From Octopus sinensis (taxonomy: Eukaryota), in NCBI RefSeq assembly GCF_006345805.1, contig NC_043011.1, positions 4,154,001 to 4,218,000 on the forward strand: DNA of 64,000 nucleotides, read 5' to 3'. Both the position numbers and the translations under genes were made by a program. How positions within the stretch are numbered: the stretch's first letter is position 1; each line of letters begins with the position of its first letter. Positions 47,938 through 60,867 of the stretch are shown in pieces. The notes under the pieces were generated by a model. That model was not told the DNA's origin. It made no database searches and saw nothing but the letters and a program-made list of their open reading frames with translations.

Positions 47938-50009
47938 CATTATTATTATTGTTATCCTCTGAAGTTACCATTAGTGGAATGCAACAGTGTATTAGATCGA
48001 ATTCCCTCCAAGCACTCTATTTGTAGGCAGCCTCAAAAAGGTAGGAGGGTTCAGCAACTAACTGCAACCATGATGGGGACACTCTAGGCACAGGCGTGGT
48101 TGTGTAATAAGAAGCTTGTTCTGTTGAGTCCTACTGCATAGCACCTTGGGCAATTGTCTTCTAGCTTTGCATTAGCCAAAGCCTTACGAATGGATTTTAT
48201 AGAGAGCAACTGAAAGAGACCCATTGTGTGTGTGTGTGTGCTGGTAATATTTCATATATTCAATTCGAATTTCTCTAACTTTGCATTGCTTTGATAATGT
48301 CGTGTTAACATATTTTTTTTAATATTAATTTTAATATTTTATATAAATATATATATATATATATATACATATATGAATGATAATACAATAGAAACAATTT
48401 TCAGCTTTATAGGGTGTATAATAAAGATGTAATTTCTCCTATATGTATTCTTTGTTATCAAACACTCTAAGTTTCTCAAATTTCTACCAAAGGATTTTTG
48501 GAATTACTTGTCATACATGAAGATTTACCTTGGACATGTATTCTGCTTACATTTAATGGTTGAATATTGTGAACCAAATTCTTTTAAAACTAATTGCTTT
48601 ATTGATATCTGCCCAAATTTTTTAGTCCCTTTTTTTTCTTCTATATATCTATATATCTATAATCCATGGTGGTTCTCCCACATGACCGTAGCCACATGGA
48701 TGAAACAAATAAAAGAATATATGTATATGTACTGTATGTGTGTGTGTGTGTGTGCATATGTGTGTGTGTACATATATATGTATATATTTATATATATTTG
48801 TATATATGTATATATAACGTGTATGTATGTACATACACACACACCTGCATACATATAGATGTAAACGACTGAGTGTTCTCCACTGAAGGGTTTTTCTCAA
48901 AAGAACAAACTTAATTTTTCTTATAACAAAATTTTATTCCACTGTTTGAACTCTTTGTTTTACCATTAACCATCATAGATCATCACTAGTTTCTTCAAAT
49001 TCTACTGTTTACTAAACATAATGTAGCCTATGGTTGATGAATAATGTCCATAGTCCTTCCAGCCCTACATTGACAATGAAATTGTATTAATACGAAGTGA
49101 ACACATGAGTTCAAGGAGACTTGTTATGCATCTTAGGTAGAGGATCATTTTAACAAAATTAACCCTTTCACTAGAAAGAGCAGATATATCCACTCAAAAT
49201 TTCATTGCCCTTAACTGAGGAAGGCAGTTTTATAGAGCAAAAAATTTTTGTTGAAGAATATCATGTTTGAAACTATTTTTTGTTGAGGTATGTCAAGTTT
49301 ATTGAGGCAATGTGACTTGCAGAAAATACCAATCCTGTTTTTTTCTTTTTGAGATGATATTTAACATCATTACTGGAATTTAATTTCACAGTTAAAGGGT
49401 TAATTTAAAAACGAAGGAAATACTTTTAGGAGACAGCCCTTGAAACGTATTAGGATGACTATCCTTTGAAGAATAGGATTAATGTGTTAATATCCTGATA
49501 TTTTATTAAAACTCAGGAACTTTTATGTGAAGTATAAGCAAGGGGAAAAGTTTCAGAAGGATACAATTTTTGAGAGAAATGTTAAATAAGTATATTGACA
49601 TAGAAGAAGGAGCGGTTAGTAAGAGGATTGGGTTTCAGTGGATGTTTTGCACTTTAACAGTGTAATGAGAAACAGTTGGTGTTGTATGAACAACAGATTG
49701 GATAGAGACAGTAAAGCTGTATTTAAGAAACTGTTGAACTTTATTTGGATGTGACCTAGAATGTGAGTGTATGTAGTGAAAGAACTATCTTACATGTGAA
49801 CATTATCCCTGTCCATAATCCGGACCTGAAAAGGAAACCCAATTTCAGGGATATGACTTTGTCTTAGGTTTATCTGAATTTCTCTGGTGAAAAATTATAA
49901 TAATAAAATAGACAATGGTATTATGAATAGAAGTATTGCTTGTCTAGTGTAGTAGTTTAGGGGTAAATTTAAACAAGCAAATTTTGATTGAGGCAGAAAA
50001 TAAAAACTT

Positions 50010-50410
50010 AGGAGTGGCTGTGTGGTAAGTAGCTTGCTTACAAACCACATAGTTTCGGGTTCAGTCCCACTGCGTGGAACCTTGGGCAAGTGTCTTCTGC
50101 TATAGCCTCGGGCCGACCAAAGCCTTGTGAGTGGATTTGGTAGATGGAAATTGAAAGAAGTCCGTCGTATATATGTATATATATATGTGTATGTTTATGT
50201 GTTGTGTTTGTCCCCCACCCCACCCCCATCGCTTGACAACTGATGCTGGTGTGTTTACGTCCCCGTAACTTGGCGGTTCGGTAAAAGAGACCGATAGAAT
50301 AAGTACTAGGCTTACAAAGAATAAGTCCTGGAGTCGATTTCCTCGACTAAAGGCGGTGCTCCAGCATGGCCACAGTCAAATGACTGAAATAAGTAAATGA
50401 GTAAATGAGT
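50010..50410 (+). mobile_element. Family A SINE, full length
   Basis: ggagtggctgtgtggtaag head; gtaaatgagta tail. Confidence 0.87.
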
Positions 50411-50429
50411 ATGAGTAAAGAGGAGGAAG

Positions 50430-50900
50430 TGTAGGATAATATCTAGTGTGAAGAAATACATAGATTTATAACAAGAATATTCAGCTGTTGCCTGACATCA
50501 TGATTTTGTAGTGACGCCATGTTGGAAATCTCCCACACGCTTGTGCAGGGTTGGAATCTTCTGGGAGGCCTGCCAGAAGTTCCCTCATGTGCATGCACAG
50601 AAAACTAGCAGCAGTGAAATTCCCTCGTATCGTTATCTCGAACGCCAGCAGCTGAACAAGACAGACGTGTTTTATCAGCTCTCTGAAGCTGCTACCTTGT
50701 GGCGTATCTCCGCTACGCTTGAACGGACAAGATTGGCTCACTACACTTGGCTCACTACACTTGGCTACCGTGATAAGCTCCTAGGCTGCCGATTAGCCCA
50801 GAGGAAGAAATTTATATATTGCGAATCAAGAAATAAATATTTTATACTATTGAAGTTAATCGGATTTCTTGACTCTTTCCTTCGATTAATATTTAATGTA
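50430..50900 (+). mobile_element. Possible solo-LTR remnant (CpG-rich single-copy block)
   Basis: Starts TGTAGG; aataaa near the end; internal ttggctcactacac tandem; no CA terminus or TSD seen. Confidence 0.3.
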
Positions 50901-50907
50901 AAGGATG

Positions 50908-50973
50908 CGCCGTCCAACCCATGCTAGCGCGGAAAACGGACGTTAAATGATGATGATGATGATGATGATGATG
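50908..50973 (+). mobile_element. Family B extreme 3' tail
   Basis: ccgtccaacccatgctagcgcggaaaacggacgttaaat(gat)n. Confidence 0.85.
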
Positions 50974-51524
50974 CGAGCTGCACCCATCCAGTGTGGGGAC
51001 CTCTCATCCTGTTACAATTTGCTAGAATATTGCCCACATGATCATCAAAATCTGACTACTTATGACTTCACATGGAATAGGCTCCAGCAATGATTTCATC
51101 TTTTGGTGCACTTTCTCTTTCAGACCGTAAATCGGTATAATTTCAACACACCATGATAATGTGATAGGGAGTTTTGAATGTTAACAGGACTATTCAGCTA
51201 TCGGGCTAATAAAATATGGAAGTGTCTAAAAGGTTTCTTTGTCTAAAGTATAGGTTGCACTTTAATGTGATTTGCTGTCTTGAGATGAATAAACAGTGGA
51301 AGAGAAATGCTTAAAAGATTGGTGAATGGACAAGCCACTAAGAGAACAGAATTTAAGCAGAAAAGCTGGAACATCAGGTGGATTGGTTGTTTGGTTGATG
51401 TAATTGGATATGCTTATATGTATCTGGTGGCTGTATGAATGACGCGGTATGGGAAATTGATCAGGAAATAGACATTGTTGAGTATATGCTGAGTAGAATG
51501 AAAAAAAAAATATATATATATATG

Positions 51525-51583
<59 letters not shown>

Positions 51584-51664
51584 GATATATATATATATAT
51601 TATATATATATATATATACGCACACATACACACACACATATATATGTATATATATATATATGTA

Positions 51665-51820
51665 TGGCTGTGTGGTAAGTAGCTTGTTTACCAACCACAT
51701 GGTTCCGGGTTCAGTCCCACTGCGTGGCACCTTGGGCAAGTGTCTTCTATTATAGCCTCGGGCCGACCAAAGCCTTGTGAGTGGATTTGGTAGATGGAAA
51801 CTGAAAGAAAACCCGTCGTA

Positions 51821-51867
<47 letters not shown>

Positions 51868-51956
51868 ATTATATATATTATATATATAATACATATTCTT
51901 TTATTGTTTCAGTCATTTGACTACAGCCATGCTGGAGCACCGCCTTTAGTTGAGCA
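51665..51956. mobile_element. Family A SINE 5' half (+) joined through (TA)n to an inverted 3' end (-)
   Basis: 51665-51820 forward head; 51897-51956 tgtttcagtcatttgactacagccatgctggagcacc is the reverse-complement tail. Confidence 0.8.
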
Positions 51957-52199
51957 GTTGTGGGAAAATTAAATGAAATGTTTTCTTAAAATATTTCCAT
52001 AGTTTTCAAATGCAAGGGACATTTCCTTTTTTCTGTTTGTCTCTCTCTCTCTCTCTTTTTTAGTCTGTTGAGGGCTTCATAGCAGTCCTCATATGTATAT
52101 AAATGTTAAAGAGGACACCAAACGTTAAGGCTACAACATTGGAGCCCTACCACTTGCCTATCATACCTAATCATTTAGGTCACCTGTGAACTAAACCCC

Positions 52200-52342
52200 C
52201 ATACATGAAAACACGGAGAGAAAACAAAACAATGTGAGGACATGGAACAAGTATAGTGCTATTGGACACTCAGGAAGGGAAAGAAAGAAGGATGACTGAA
52301 CTTTTCGAGCGGAGCTCTTCGTCAGAAACATAGGAAAAGGAA

Positions 52343-52392
<50 letters not shown>

Positions 52393-52560
52393 ACATATAT
52401 AGTTCAAATTTTCAGAAAAACAAAAGATGAAGACAGGCGTAGGAGAAAAAGCAGGTGTATTAGTTTAATGTTCTGGAAAAATGGATAAGTCTTTTACATT
52501 TCCAGCCTATGCTCTTTGACAGAAAGAATAAGAGGGAAAAAAATGGAGAGTGAATAAAAG
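52200..52560 (-). mobile_element. Two family F-type short repeats (52200-52340, 52395-52560) with hammerhead-like remnants
   Basis: Minus strand ctgacgaagagctccgctcgaaaagtt at 52325-52299; the second piece mirrors 14330-14525. Confidence 0.5.
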
Positions 52561-52609
52561 AAAAAAACAGAGGGAGGAAAAAGAGTGTAGAGTTCAGCAG
52601 TCCAGCATG

Positions 52610-52950
<341 letters not shown>

Positions 52951-52952
52951 TC

Positions 52953-54432
52953 TGTTGTCCCAGTTTTCAAAAAGGGAAACAAGTCCCTTGCAGTGAATTA
53001 CCGTCCGATCTCACTCACCTCTCATATCATCAAGGTATTTGAGAGGGTGGTGAGATCTCGAATAACCCAATTTCTGGAAAGCAACAGACGGCTGATCTCC
53101 AACCAACATGGGTTCCGTAATGGAAGTGACTGCCTAACGCAGCTCCTGCATCACTTTGAGGACATTTTGAGAGCTTTGGGAGAGGGCTCCAACACCGATG
53201 TCATCTACCTTGATTTCAGTAAGGCCTTCGCCAGGGTCGATCACAAGATCCTATTGAAAAAACTATCCAACATTGGTGTCTCTGGAAAGTTACTGAAATG
53301 GATCAAGTGTTTCCTGACAGACAGATCTCAACATGTTGTAGTTGAAGGGGTAAAATCAAGCCCAGCCAAAGTCAGTAGTGGCGTTCCGCAAGGCACTGTG
53401 CTGGGCCCACTTCTTTTCGTCATTTACATTAATGACATTAATGACATCATCAAGCACAGCAACATAAAAATCTTGCAGATGACTCCAAGCTACAGAAGGT
53501 CATAAATGAGGCGAGTGACCGGACATGCCTTCAGTCAGATCTACTGGCTGTTATCCAATGGGCAGAAAAAAACAATATGCTGCTGAACGAGGATAAATTT
53601 GAGCTAATCCACTTTGGAAAAGAGGATGCCCTGAAACTCCCATACTCCCTTCCTTCAGGTGAAACTCTCGTGGCGTCCAACAACATCAGAGACTTGGGAG
53701 TAATTGTGGACAACAACATAAGCTGGGCCACTCATATAAACACCAAAGTTGACATGGCCCGCAGAATGTGTTCCTGGATTCTCAGAACTTTCCAGTCGAG
53801 AGATATCCACACCATTATCCTTCTCTTCTCCACTTTTGCCCGACCCCACCTTGAATACTGTTGTCCACTGTGGTCTCCCCACACAATACAAGGTATCATA
53901 AAAGTTGAAGCACCTCAAAGGGCAATCACAAAAAGATAGATGGCATGACAGGCCTCGACTATTGGGGGTCGACTAGAAAAGCTAAAACTCTATTCTCTCC
54001 AACGTCGTCGTGAGCGCTACATCATCTGCATGATGTGGAAAATATTCCATCAGCATTGCCCAAATGATGTTGGCATCACCTTCAAGGTACATCCAAGGCT
54101 TGGGCCCCGTGCATCCGCCCAAAACAAAAATCGCACTCTCATCTCATAACAACAATATGGCACAATTATTTCACCTCAATTGGCCCCGCTCTCTTTAACA
54201 TTACACCAAAACACATTAAAACAGAAACTGACCCTATAGGGTTCAAGAAGTCTTTGGACAGATTCCTTCAAGAAATCCCGGATAAACCCCCTACACCCGG
54301 ATATGTCTCTGTAAACAATAACTCTCTACTTGAGTGGGCCATAGTGCCCAAATTCTGACTTGAAAGACTTCACCAGGTGGTGCTATTAAGTTAGACATGG
54401 CCTGGGCCAATAATGGCCGAAACCTATCAAAG
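52953..54432 (+). mobile_element. CR1/Jockey-group LINE, 5'-truncated, RT nearly intact
   Basis: [46 protein letters not shown] (frameshifted)..RDLGVIVD..RPHLEYCCPLWSP..LYSLQRRRER; short 3' UTR. Confidence 0.92.
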
Positions 54433-54494
54433 TATATATATTATATATATATATATATATGTATATATTATATATATATTATGTATGTATATAT

Positions 54495-54551
<57 letters not shown>

Positions 54552-54620
54552 ATATAATATGTATATATATATATATATATATATAGTATGTATGTATATA
54601 TATATATGTATGTATATATA

Positions 54621-54661
<41 letters not shown>

Positions 54662-54674
54662 ATATATATATGTA

Positions 54675-54715
<41 letters not shown>

Positions 54716-54716
54716 A

Positions 54717-54782
<66 letters not shown>

Positions 54783-54828
54783 ATATATATATTATGTATG
54801 TATATATTATAGTATATATATATGTATG

Positions 54829-54859
<31 letters not shown>

Positions 54860-55103
54860 ATATATATATATGTATATTATATGTATGTATATATATATAT
54901 GTATATATATATGTTGTATATATATATTATATATGTATGATATATATAATGTATATATATATGTATGTATATATTATATATATATATAGTATGTATATAT
55001 ATATATGTATATATATATGTATGTATATATATATGTTATATATATATATGTATGTATATAATATATATGTATGTATATATATGTATATATATGTATATAT
55101 ATG

Positions 55104-55155
<52 letters not shown>

Positions 55156-55210
55156 TATGTATATTATATATATATTATATATATATAGATATATATATTA
55201 TATATATATA

Positions 55211-55265
<55 letters not shown>

Positions 55266-55414
55266 TTTATTATGTGCATATTATATTATATAATATACAC
55301 AAAAACAACAAATACATACATACATATATATATTATATATATTATATATACATATATATGTACATATGTATATATATATATACATATGTATATATATATA
55401 TACATATGTGCATT

Positions 55415-55449
<35 letters not shown>

Positions 55450-55450
55450 T
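54433..55450. repeat. About 1-kb imperfect (TA)n/(TATG)n tract
   Basis: Directly visible. Confidence 0.95.
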
Positions 55451-55764
55451 GTGGAGGCACAATGGCCCAGTGGTTAGGGCAGTGGACTCGCGGTTGTAGG
55501 ATCGCGGTTTTGATTCCCAGACCAGGCGTTGTGAGTGTTTATTGAGCGAAAACACCTAAAGCCCCACGCAGCTCCAGCAGGAGATGGTGGCGATCCCTGC
55601 TGTACTGTTTCGGCAAAACTTTCTCTCACTCTTTCTTCTGTTGGCCTGCTCGCTTAGCCAGCGGGGTGCCGTCATTTGAAGGCTAAAGCAATGCGAAGTG
55701 CATTGTGACCAGCGATGTGTAGCAACATCTGATAGCTTGGTCGGTCATGGTGATCACAGTGATA
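55451..55764 (+). mobile_element. tRNA-derived SINE, head D1 + tail T2
   Basis: Head nearly identical to 19393-19588; tail gttggcctgc..cttagccagcggggtgccgtcatttgaaggctaaa..ttgtgacca. Confidence 0.85.
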
Positions 55765-55769
55765 TATAT

Positions 55770-56575
55770 ATTATAAAATGGGGAAAGCCAGTTTATGGGA
55801 TTATCTTAGGTTTCCTGTCTAGAAAGGGTTTGGCTTTATCATCAGATTCCAAAAACCTGTTGGCCCATGACTTCTTAAAAATAAGGAGGGGGAAATGCCT
55901 CACTACTCAAAGATAACATTTCTGACACCACTGCTACCTCCAGAGATGCCAACACCACCAGTCCCAGCTCCAACAACAACAATGTTGGTGGCAGCAGCAA
56001 CAGCAACAACAGCAGGTACAGCACCAACAATACATGCTCACAGAGATACATTGGATGGTCCGGGAACTCTTCCAAGCAGCATCACTCCAACCACAGGTCC
56101 TCTTTCAGTGTTCCAGAAAGGAGATACATGACATCACTGGCCAGCCATGTCTGGCAACTAAGAGACGATGGGAATCCATACTCAGTCTCATGGAGAATCC
56201 TCAGGAACCCAGGCCCCTGCATAAATGGGACCAAGCATTGCTAGTGATGCATTGTTGAATGTGCAAGAATACTAAAAGACTTGCTTGAACCAGGGAACAA
56301 CAGGGATTTTCAGACCATGTTTACATTTCAGGAGATTCCTGCTGGTGCTTTGGAGCCCACAAGATGGCAGCACAGCTGGATATCGATAGCCAATGGCAAA
56401 GGGAGATAATCCTCGATTGTTGCCTTTGAGTAATGTCGAATTTCTTGCTCCATATTTTTAAGAAGCCATGGGCCTACAGGTTTTTGGGATCTGACGATAC
56501 GCCATAAGGCCAAACCCTTTATGGATGGGAAGCCTAAGGTACTCCCATAAACCGGTCTCCCCCATTTTTAATATA
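55770..56575 (+). mobile_element. Penelope-like GIY-YIG endonuclease remnant bracketed by ~115-bp inverted repeats
   Basis: GKCLT..RYIGWSGNSSKQHHSNHRSSF..TSLASHVWQLRDDGNPYSVSWRIL..NGTKHC; arms 55770-55883 and 56453-56575 are reverse complements. Confidence 0.75.
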
Positions 56576-57108
56576 TACTGCCCTTCATCTTAGAGTGTGC
56601 TTCTTCTTTCAGATTTATGTTTTCTAAAAACGATATGTGTGCGTTTATAATATACATATATACTATATGTGTATGTATATATATATACACACACACCTAC
56701 GCAAGCACACAGTCATATATCTTGCAACATATAAATATGCAGGCATTTTTATATGCCAAGACAGTTACACACAAACACTGACCCACAGCATGTCTCATTA
56801 CAGCTGGATGAGATGAAAGAGACAAGATAACTGAATTTAATTAGTCTACATTATAATTATGCTTCATTTATCAGCTGTAGTTATATAATTAATCTACTTC
56901 TTTGTGTTGTAATTAATTATTGTCTGTAACTTAATATAGTTATGATTAACAGGTACCTTAACAGTTACAAATTTGGTTTTGAAATTCGAAGTAAAAGTAA
57001 AAACACCAAAAACAAAATGATAATAAAGAGAAAAATTTATAATTATATAATTATAGAAAAAAAAAACTTAGAAGATTTTATTGCTTAATTAGTTAAGTTT
57101 CTTTGTAG

Positions 57109-57150
57109 ATTTTTTACTTCATATTCAACAACTGAAAGTCACTTACTGAG
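57109..57150 (+). other. Candidate 42-bp micro-exon
   Basis: gtttctttgtAG acceptor and GAG|GTAAGT donor; one open frame FFTSYSTTESHLL. Confidence 0.25.
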
Positions 57151-58054
57151 GTAAGTATGGCAATTTTGTGTCGTATAAGTCACTGTAAGTATGTATATAT
57201 GTATGACAGATGGCTGTTTGTATGGCTGCACAAAACAGAGCAAAAAATGTACTCAATGTATGGAGTAAGGGTTTGTGTGTACTTTTGTTTGAAACTAAAG
57301 TTTCACTTTGTTGCTATGTCCACAATTCAGGAACCAGAGAATAGCAGCAGAATACAGACTTAGTTTTGGACAGATATATTCGTTGTGCAGTGCTTCTCAG
57401 TAGACTTGCTTTGGTATTGGTGATATTGCATGCTGTATATTGTAAATGCTGTATTGTAGCAGTTTGATATTGCATGTTATGGCATAGTCATTATCCCGTT
57501 CTAGTACATTTGTATTCATTGATGATGATGTATTTTCTGTGTTTCTTGTATTTTGAAGCTTTTGTTATTAAGGGACTGGGTATCTGTGAGGTAATAATGT
57601 TCAGTACTTCAGACAACTTTGTCAATAATTCAAATCTTTACCAGACCAAACAACTCATTCTGTTATGCCTTGTAGGCAATCCTTTTGCTCAAAGTACTAA
57701 AATCCTTGATCCTGCTGTCTGTTACACTAATCACGTGGGAGATAAATCTCACCCCAGATAAGACATTGTGTCTTTACTTTGCAGTAGGAATTGAACTCCG
57801 CACTGAAAATTAATGAATCAAACATCATTTTTACAGTGTTTCTATTGCCTACAGTAGTAAACTTTTCTCTCAACAACAGCTCGTAAGATTTTGGTGCACA
57901 TGGGCATTTCGAGTTGTGTCCCTTTATCAATTATTATTATTTGCTTAAAGCAAATTATGTTAAAACAATTGTTGCTGTTGATATTGTTGTTTTTGTTGTT
58001 GTTCTTGTTGTTGTTATTATTACTATCATTACTATTGTTATCATTAATAATAAT

Positions 58055-58312
58055 AAGGCGGTGAGCTGTGAAAACCATTAGCATGCCCAGCAAAATGCTT
58101 TGCGGCATTTCATCCAACTTTACTTTCTGAGTTCAAATTCTGCCAAGATCAACTTTGCCTTTCATCCTTTCAGGATCGATAAAATTAGAACCAGTTATGC
58201 ATTGGTGTCAGTGTAATTGACTTAATCCCTTCCCCCAGATTTGAGGCCTTGTGCTTTCAGTAGAAAGGATTATTATTATTATTATTATTATCATTATTAT
58301 TATTATTATTAT
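58055..58312 (+). mobile_element. Family C SINE with (ATT)n tail
   Basis: aaggcggtgagctg..gagttcaaattc..tttgcctttcatcc..gaaaggattattatt. Confidence 0.8.
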
Positions 58313-58317
58313 TATCG

Positions 58318-58745
58318 AGAGAGAGAGCAGTGCATGCTGTCAGAGTGACACTGGGGTAAAATATATGAAGCCCAGTATACCCATCATGACTACCTGTCTG
58401 ATAAGGGTACACCAGGCACATACATCACAACCATATGTGCGCGTGGTGATCTCATATCAAGATAAACAGCGCATGACCTTGCATGTGGGGCCCAGTTAGA
58501 ATTTTCTTCTGGTCGAGTAACCCATCCCTCTGAATATGGGTTATTCAAAGGTGTTGAACAAAACACCCATGATTCCAGAGGTGAATTATCCAGACCCCAA
58601 AGAATTCCTCTCAACACATGGCTATGATGCTCCCCCACCACCTCTGCTCGTGATCAGCGGTGCACATTGTCAGCCATCAAAGGACATGCTCAACTGGTTA
58701 AAGTCAAACAACTGACAAGCAAATCTGTGGTATTGAGCAGAATAT
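58318..58745 (-). mobile_element. Family E repeat
   Basis: See 47482-47889. Confidence 0.75.
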
Positions 58746-59263
58746 TAGTTGTAGCCCACCTTTTATGTCAAGCAGAACAGTTAAGATCAGAAGCCACCAG
58801 AGCTACTGCTTTGTACTGCATCAAAGTGTTTATTATATTGTTGTTGTTGTTGTTATTATTATTATTATTTCCTTTCATAGACTTCTGTAATGCACTAGGC
58901 CAGTACTTCTCTCTAGTCCACAAAATACCATGTTGGATTAGATGTTAGTTCTTTTGAATGTAACTTTTCTCTTGCAGAAAAATTGAATTGAGCACAGCAT
59001 GCCAGCCAGCTAATTTGTTATTAATTTTGAAGTCACAACTGCATCATGCCACATGGCACAGACTACTTGTAACAAGGTGCCTTTGGCCAATGAGAGTTAA
59101 GTGTCTCAGCTGTAACAGTGTTACAGTATTACAAACTACCAGCATTGTAGTTGTTTCTCCCGTACTGTGTCCAGTTATCCATCACTGTTCAGTCGTTCCA
59201 ACAATAACGAACCATAGAAGTTTATAGAAACCGAGCCACCAGTTACGTATCTCTAAATAATGG

Positions 59264-59670
59264 CGCTGGAGTAGCTGTGTGGTAAGTAGCTTGCTAACCA
59301 ACCACATGGTTCCGGGTTCAATCCCACTGTGTAGCATCTTGGGCAAGTGTCTTCTGCTATAGCCCCAGGCCGACCAATGCCTTGTGAGTGGATTTGGTAG
59401 ACAGAAACTGAAAGAAGCCTGTCGTATATATGTATGTATATATATATGTGTGTGCGTGTGTGTGTTTGTGTGTCTGTGTTTGTCCCCCTAGCATTGCTTG
59501 ACAACCGATGCTGGTGTGTTTACGTCCCCGTCACTTAGCGGTTTGGCAAAAAGAGACCGATAGAATAAGTACTGGGCTTACAAAGCATAAGTCCCGGGGT
59601 CGATTTGCTCGACTAAAGGCGGTGCTCCAGCATGGCCGCAGTCAAATGACTGAAACAAGTAAAAGAGTAA
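59264..59670 (+). mobile_element. Family A SINE, full length
   Basis: Near-consensus match. Confidence 0.88.
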
Positions 59671-60190
59671 CTGTTGTATCTGTGGCATTGGTTTTGCTGA
59701 TTACACTGTTTTCCTCTCTTTTAAGTAGGAACAGGCTTTAATTTTCACATTAAGTGTATTGTAGTATTGACGTTATACCTCTCTGTCCTTGGCTTAAACG
59801 CTACCAAAGATTATTTACCTTTCCAAAATTTACCTTTCCACTCACATGGACACACACTCAGACACAGACACACACACACACTCTCTCTCTCTCTCCCTCC
59901 CTCTCTGCCTATCTCTCTCCATCACCCCCTCCCTCTCAATTGTTCGTGCACTCACACATTATTTCAAAGCAGATTATTCATCCCTTCACTACTCAGTCAG
60001 TTCTTCAGAAACTATGATTTTGTTTCCTGTAGGACGGCATATGGTGAGACACCCTGATTAGTGCCTGAGTGAATTCTCAATATCAAATGAGCAAATGAAG
60101 TCTACTACATCTATTGAACATATCTTCTATCATTTTATTTTTTACCATAATGTATGTATGTGTGTATGTATTTATATATATATGCATAGG

Positions 60191-60601
60191 TGCAGGAGTG
60201 GCTGTGTGGTAAGTAGCTTGCTAACCAGCCACATGGTTCCGGGTTCAGTCCCACTGCGTGGCATCTTGGGCAAGTGTCTTCTGCTATAACCCCGGGCCGA
60301 CCAATGCCTTGTGAGTGGATTTGGTAGACGGAAACTGAAAGAAGCCCGTCGTATATATGTATATATATGTATGGGTGTGTGTGTATATGTTTGTGTTTGT
60401 CCCCCTAGCATTGCTTGACAACCAATGCTGGTGTGTTTACGTCCCCGTCACTTAGCGGTTCGGCAAAAGAGACCGATAGAATAAGTACTGGGCTTACAAA
60501 GAATAAGTCCCGGGGTCGATTTGCTCAACTAAAGGCGGTGCTCCAGCATGGCCGCAGTCAAATGACTGAAACAAGTAAAAGAGTAAAATAGTAAAAGAGT
60601 A
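60191..60601 (+). mobile_element. Family A SINE, full length
   Basis: Near-consensus match. Confidence 0.9.
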
Positions 60602-60663
60602 TGCATAAATATTGAACAATGAGAGCCAGTGCTCAGTATTGAATTGGTGGATAAAGATTCTTT

Positions 60664-60867
60664 TTGTATATTAAGGCAACCATTGTTTCATGAAAAATAA
60701 CACCTCAACAATTATGTAGCTTATCACATGGAAGCATCAGAGTTAGTCTCCATTTTGTTTTAATCCAAAAAATCAAAGGGGAGACAAACACTGATGTTCC
60801 ATGTGGTAGGCTTGATAATTGTTGAGGTATTCCTTAGCATGAAACCAAGGGTAGCCTTAATACACAA
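60664..60867. mobile_element. MITE with ~88-bp imperfect inverted repeats
   Basis: ttgtatattaaggcaacc..cctcaacaattat..catggaagcatcag..gtctcc mirrored at 60779-60867; the same right end recurs at 39205-39238. Confidence 0.75.
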
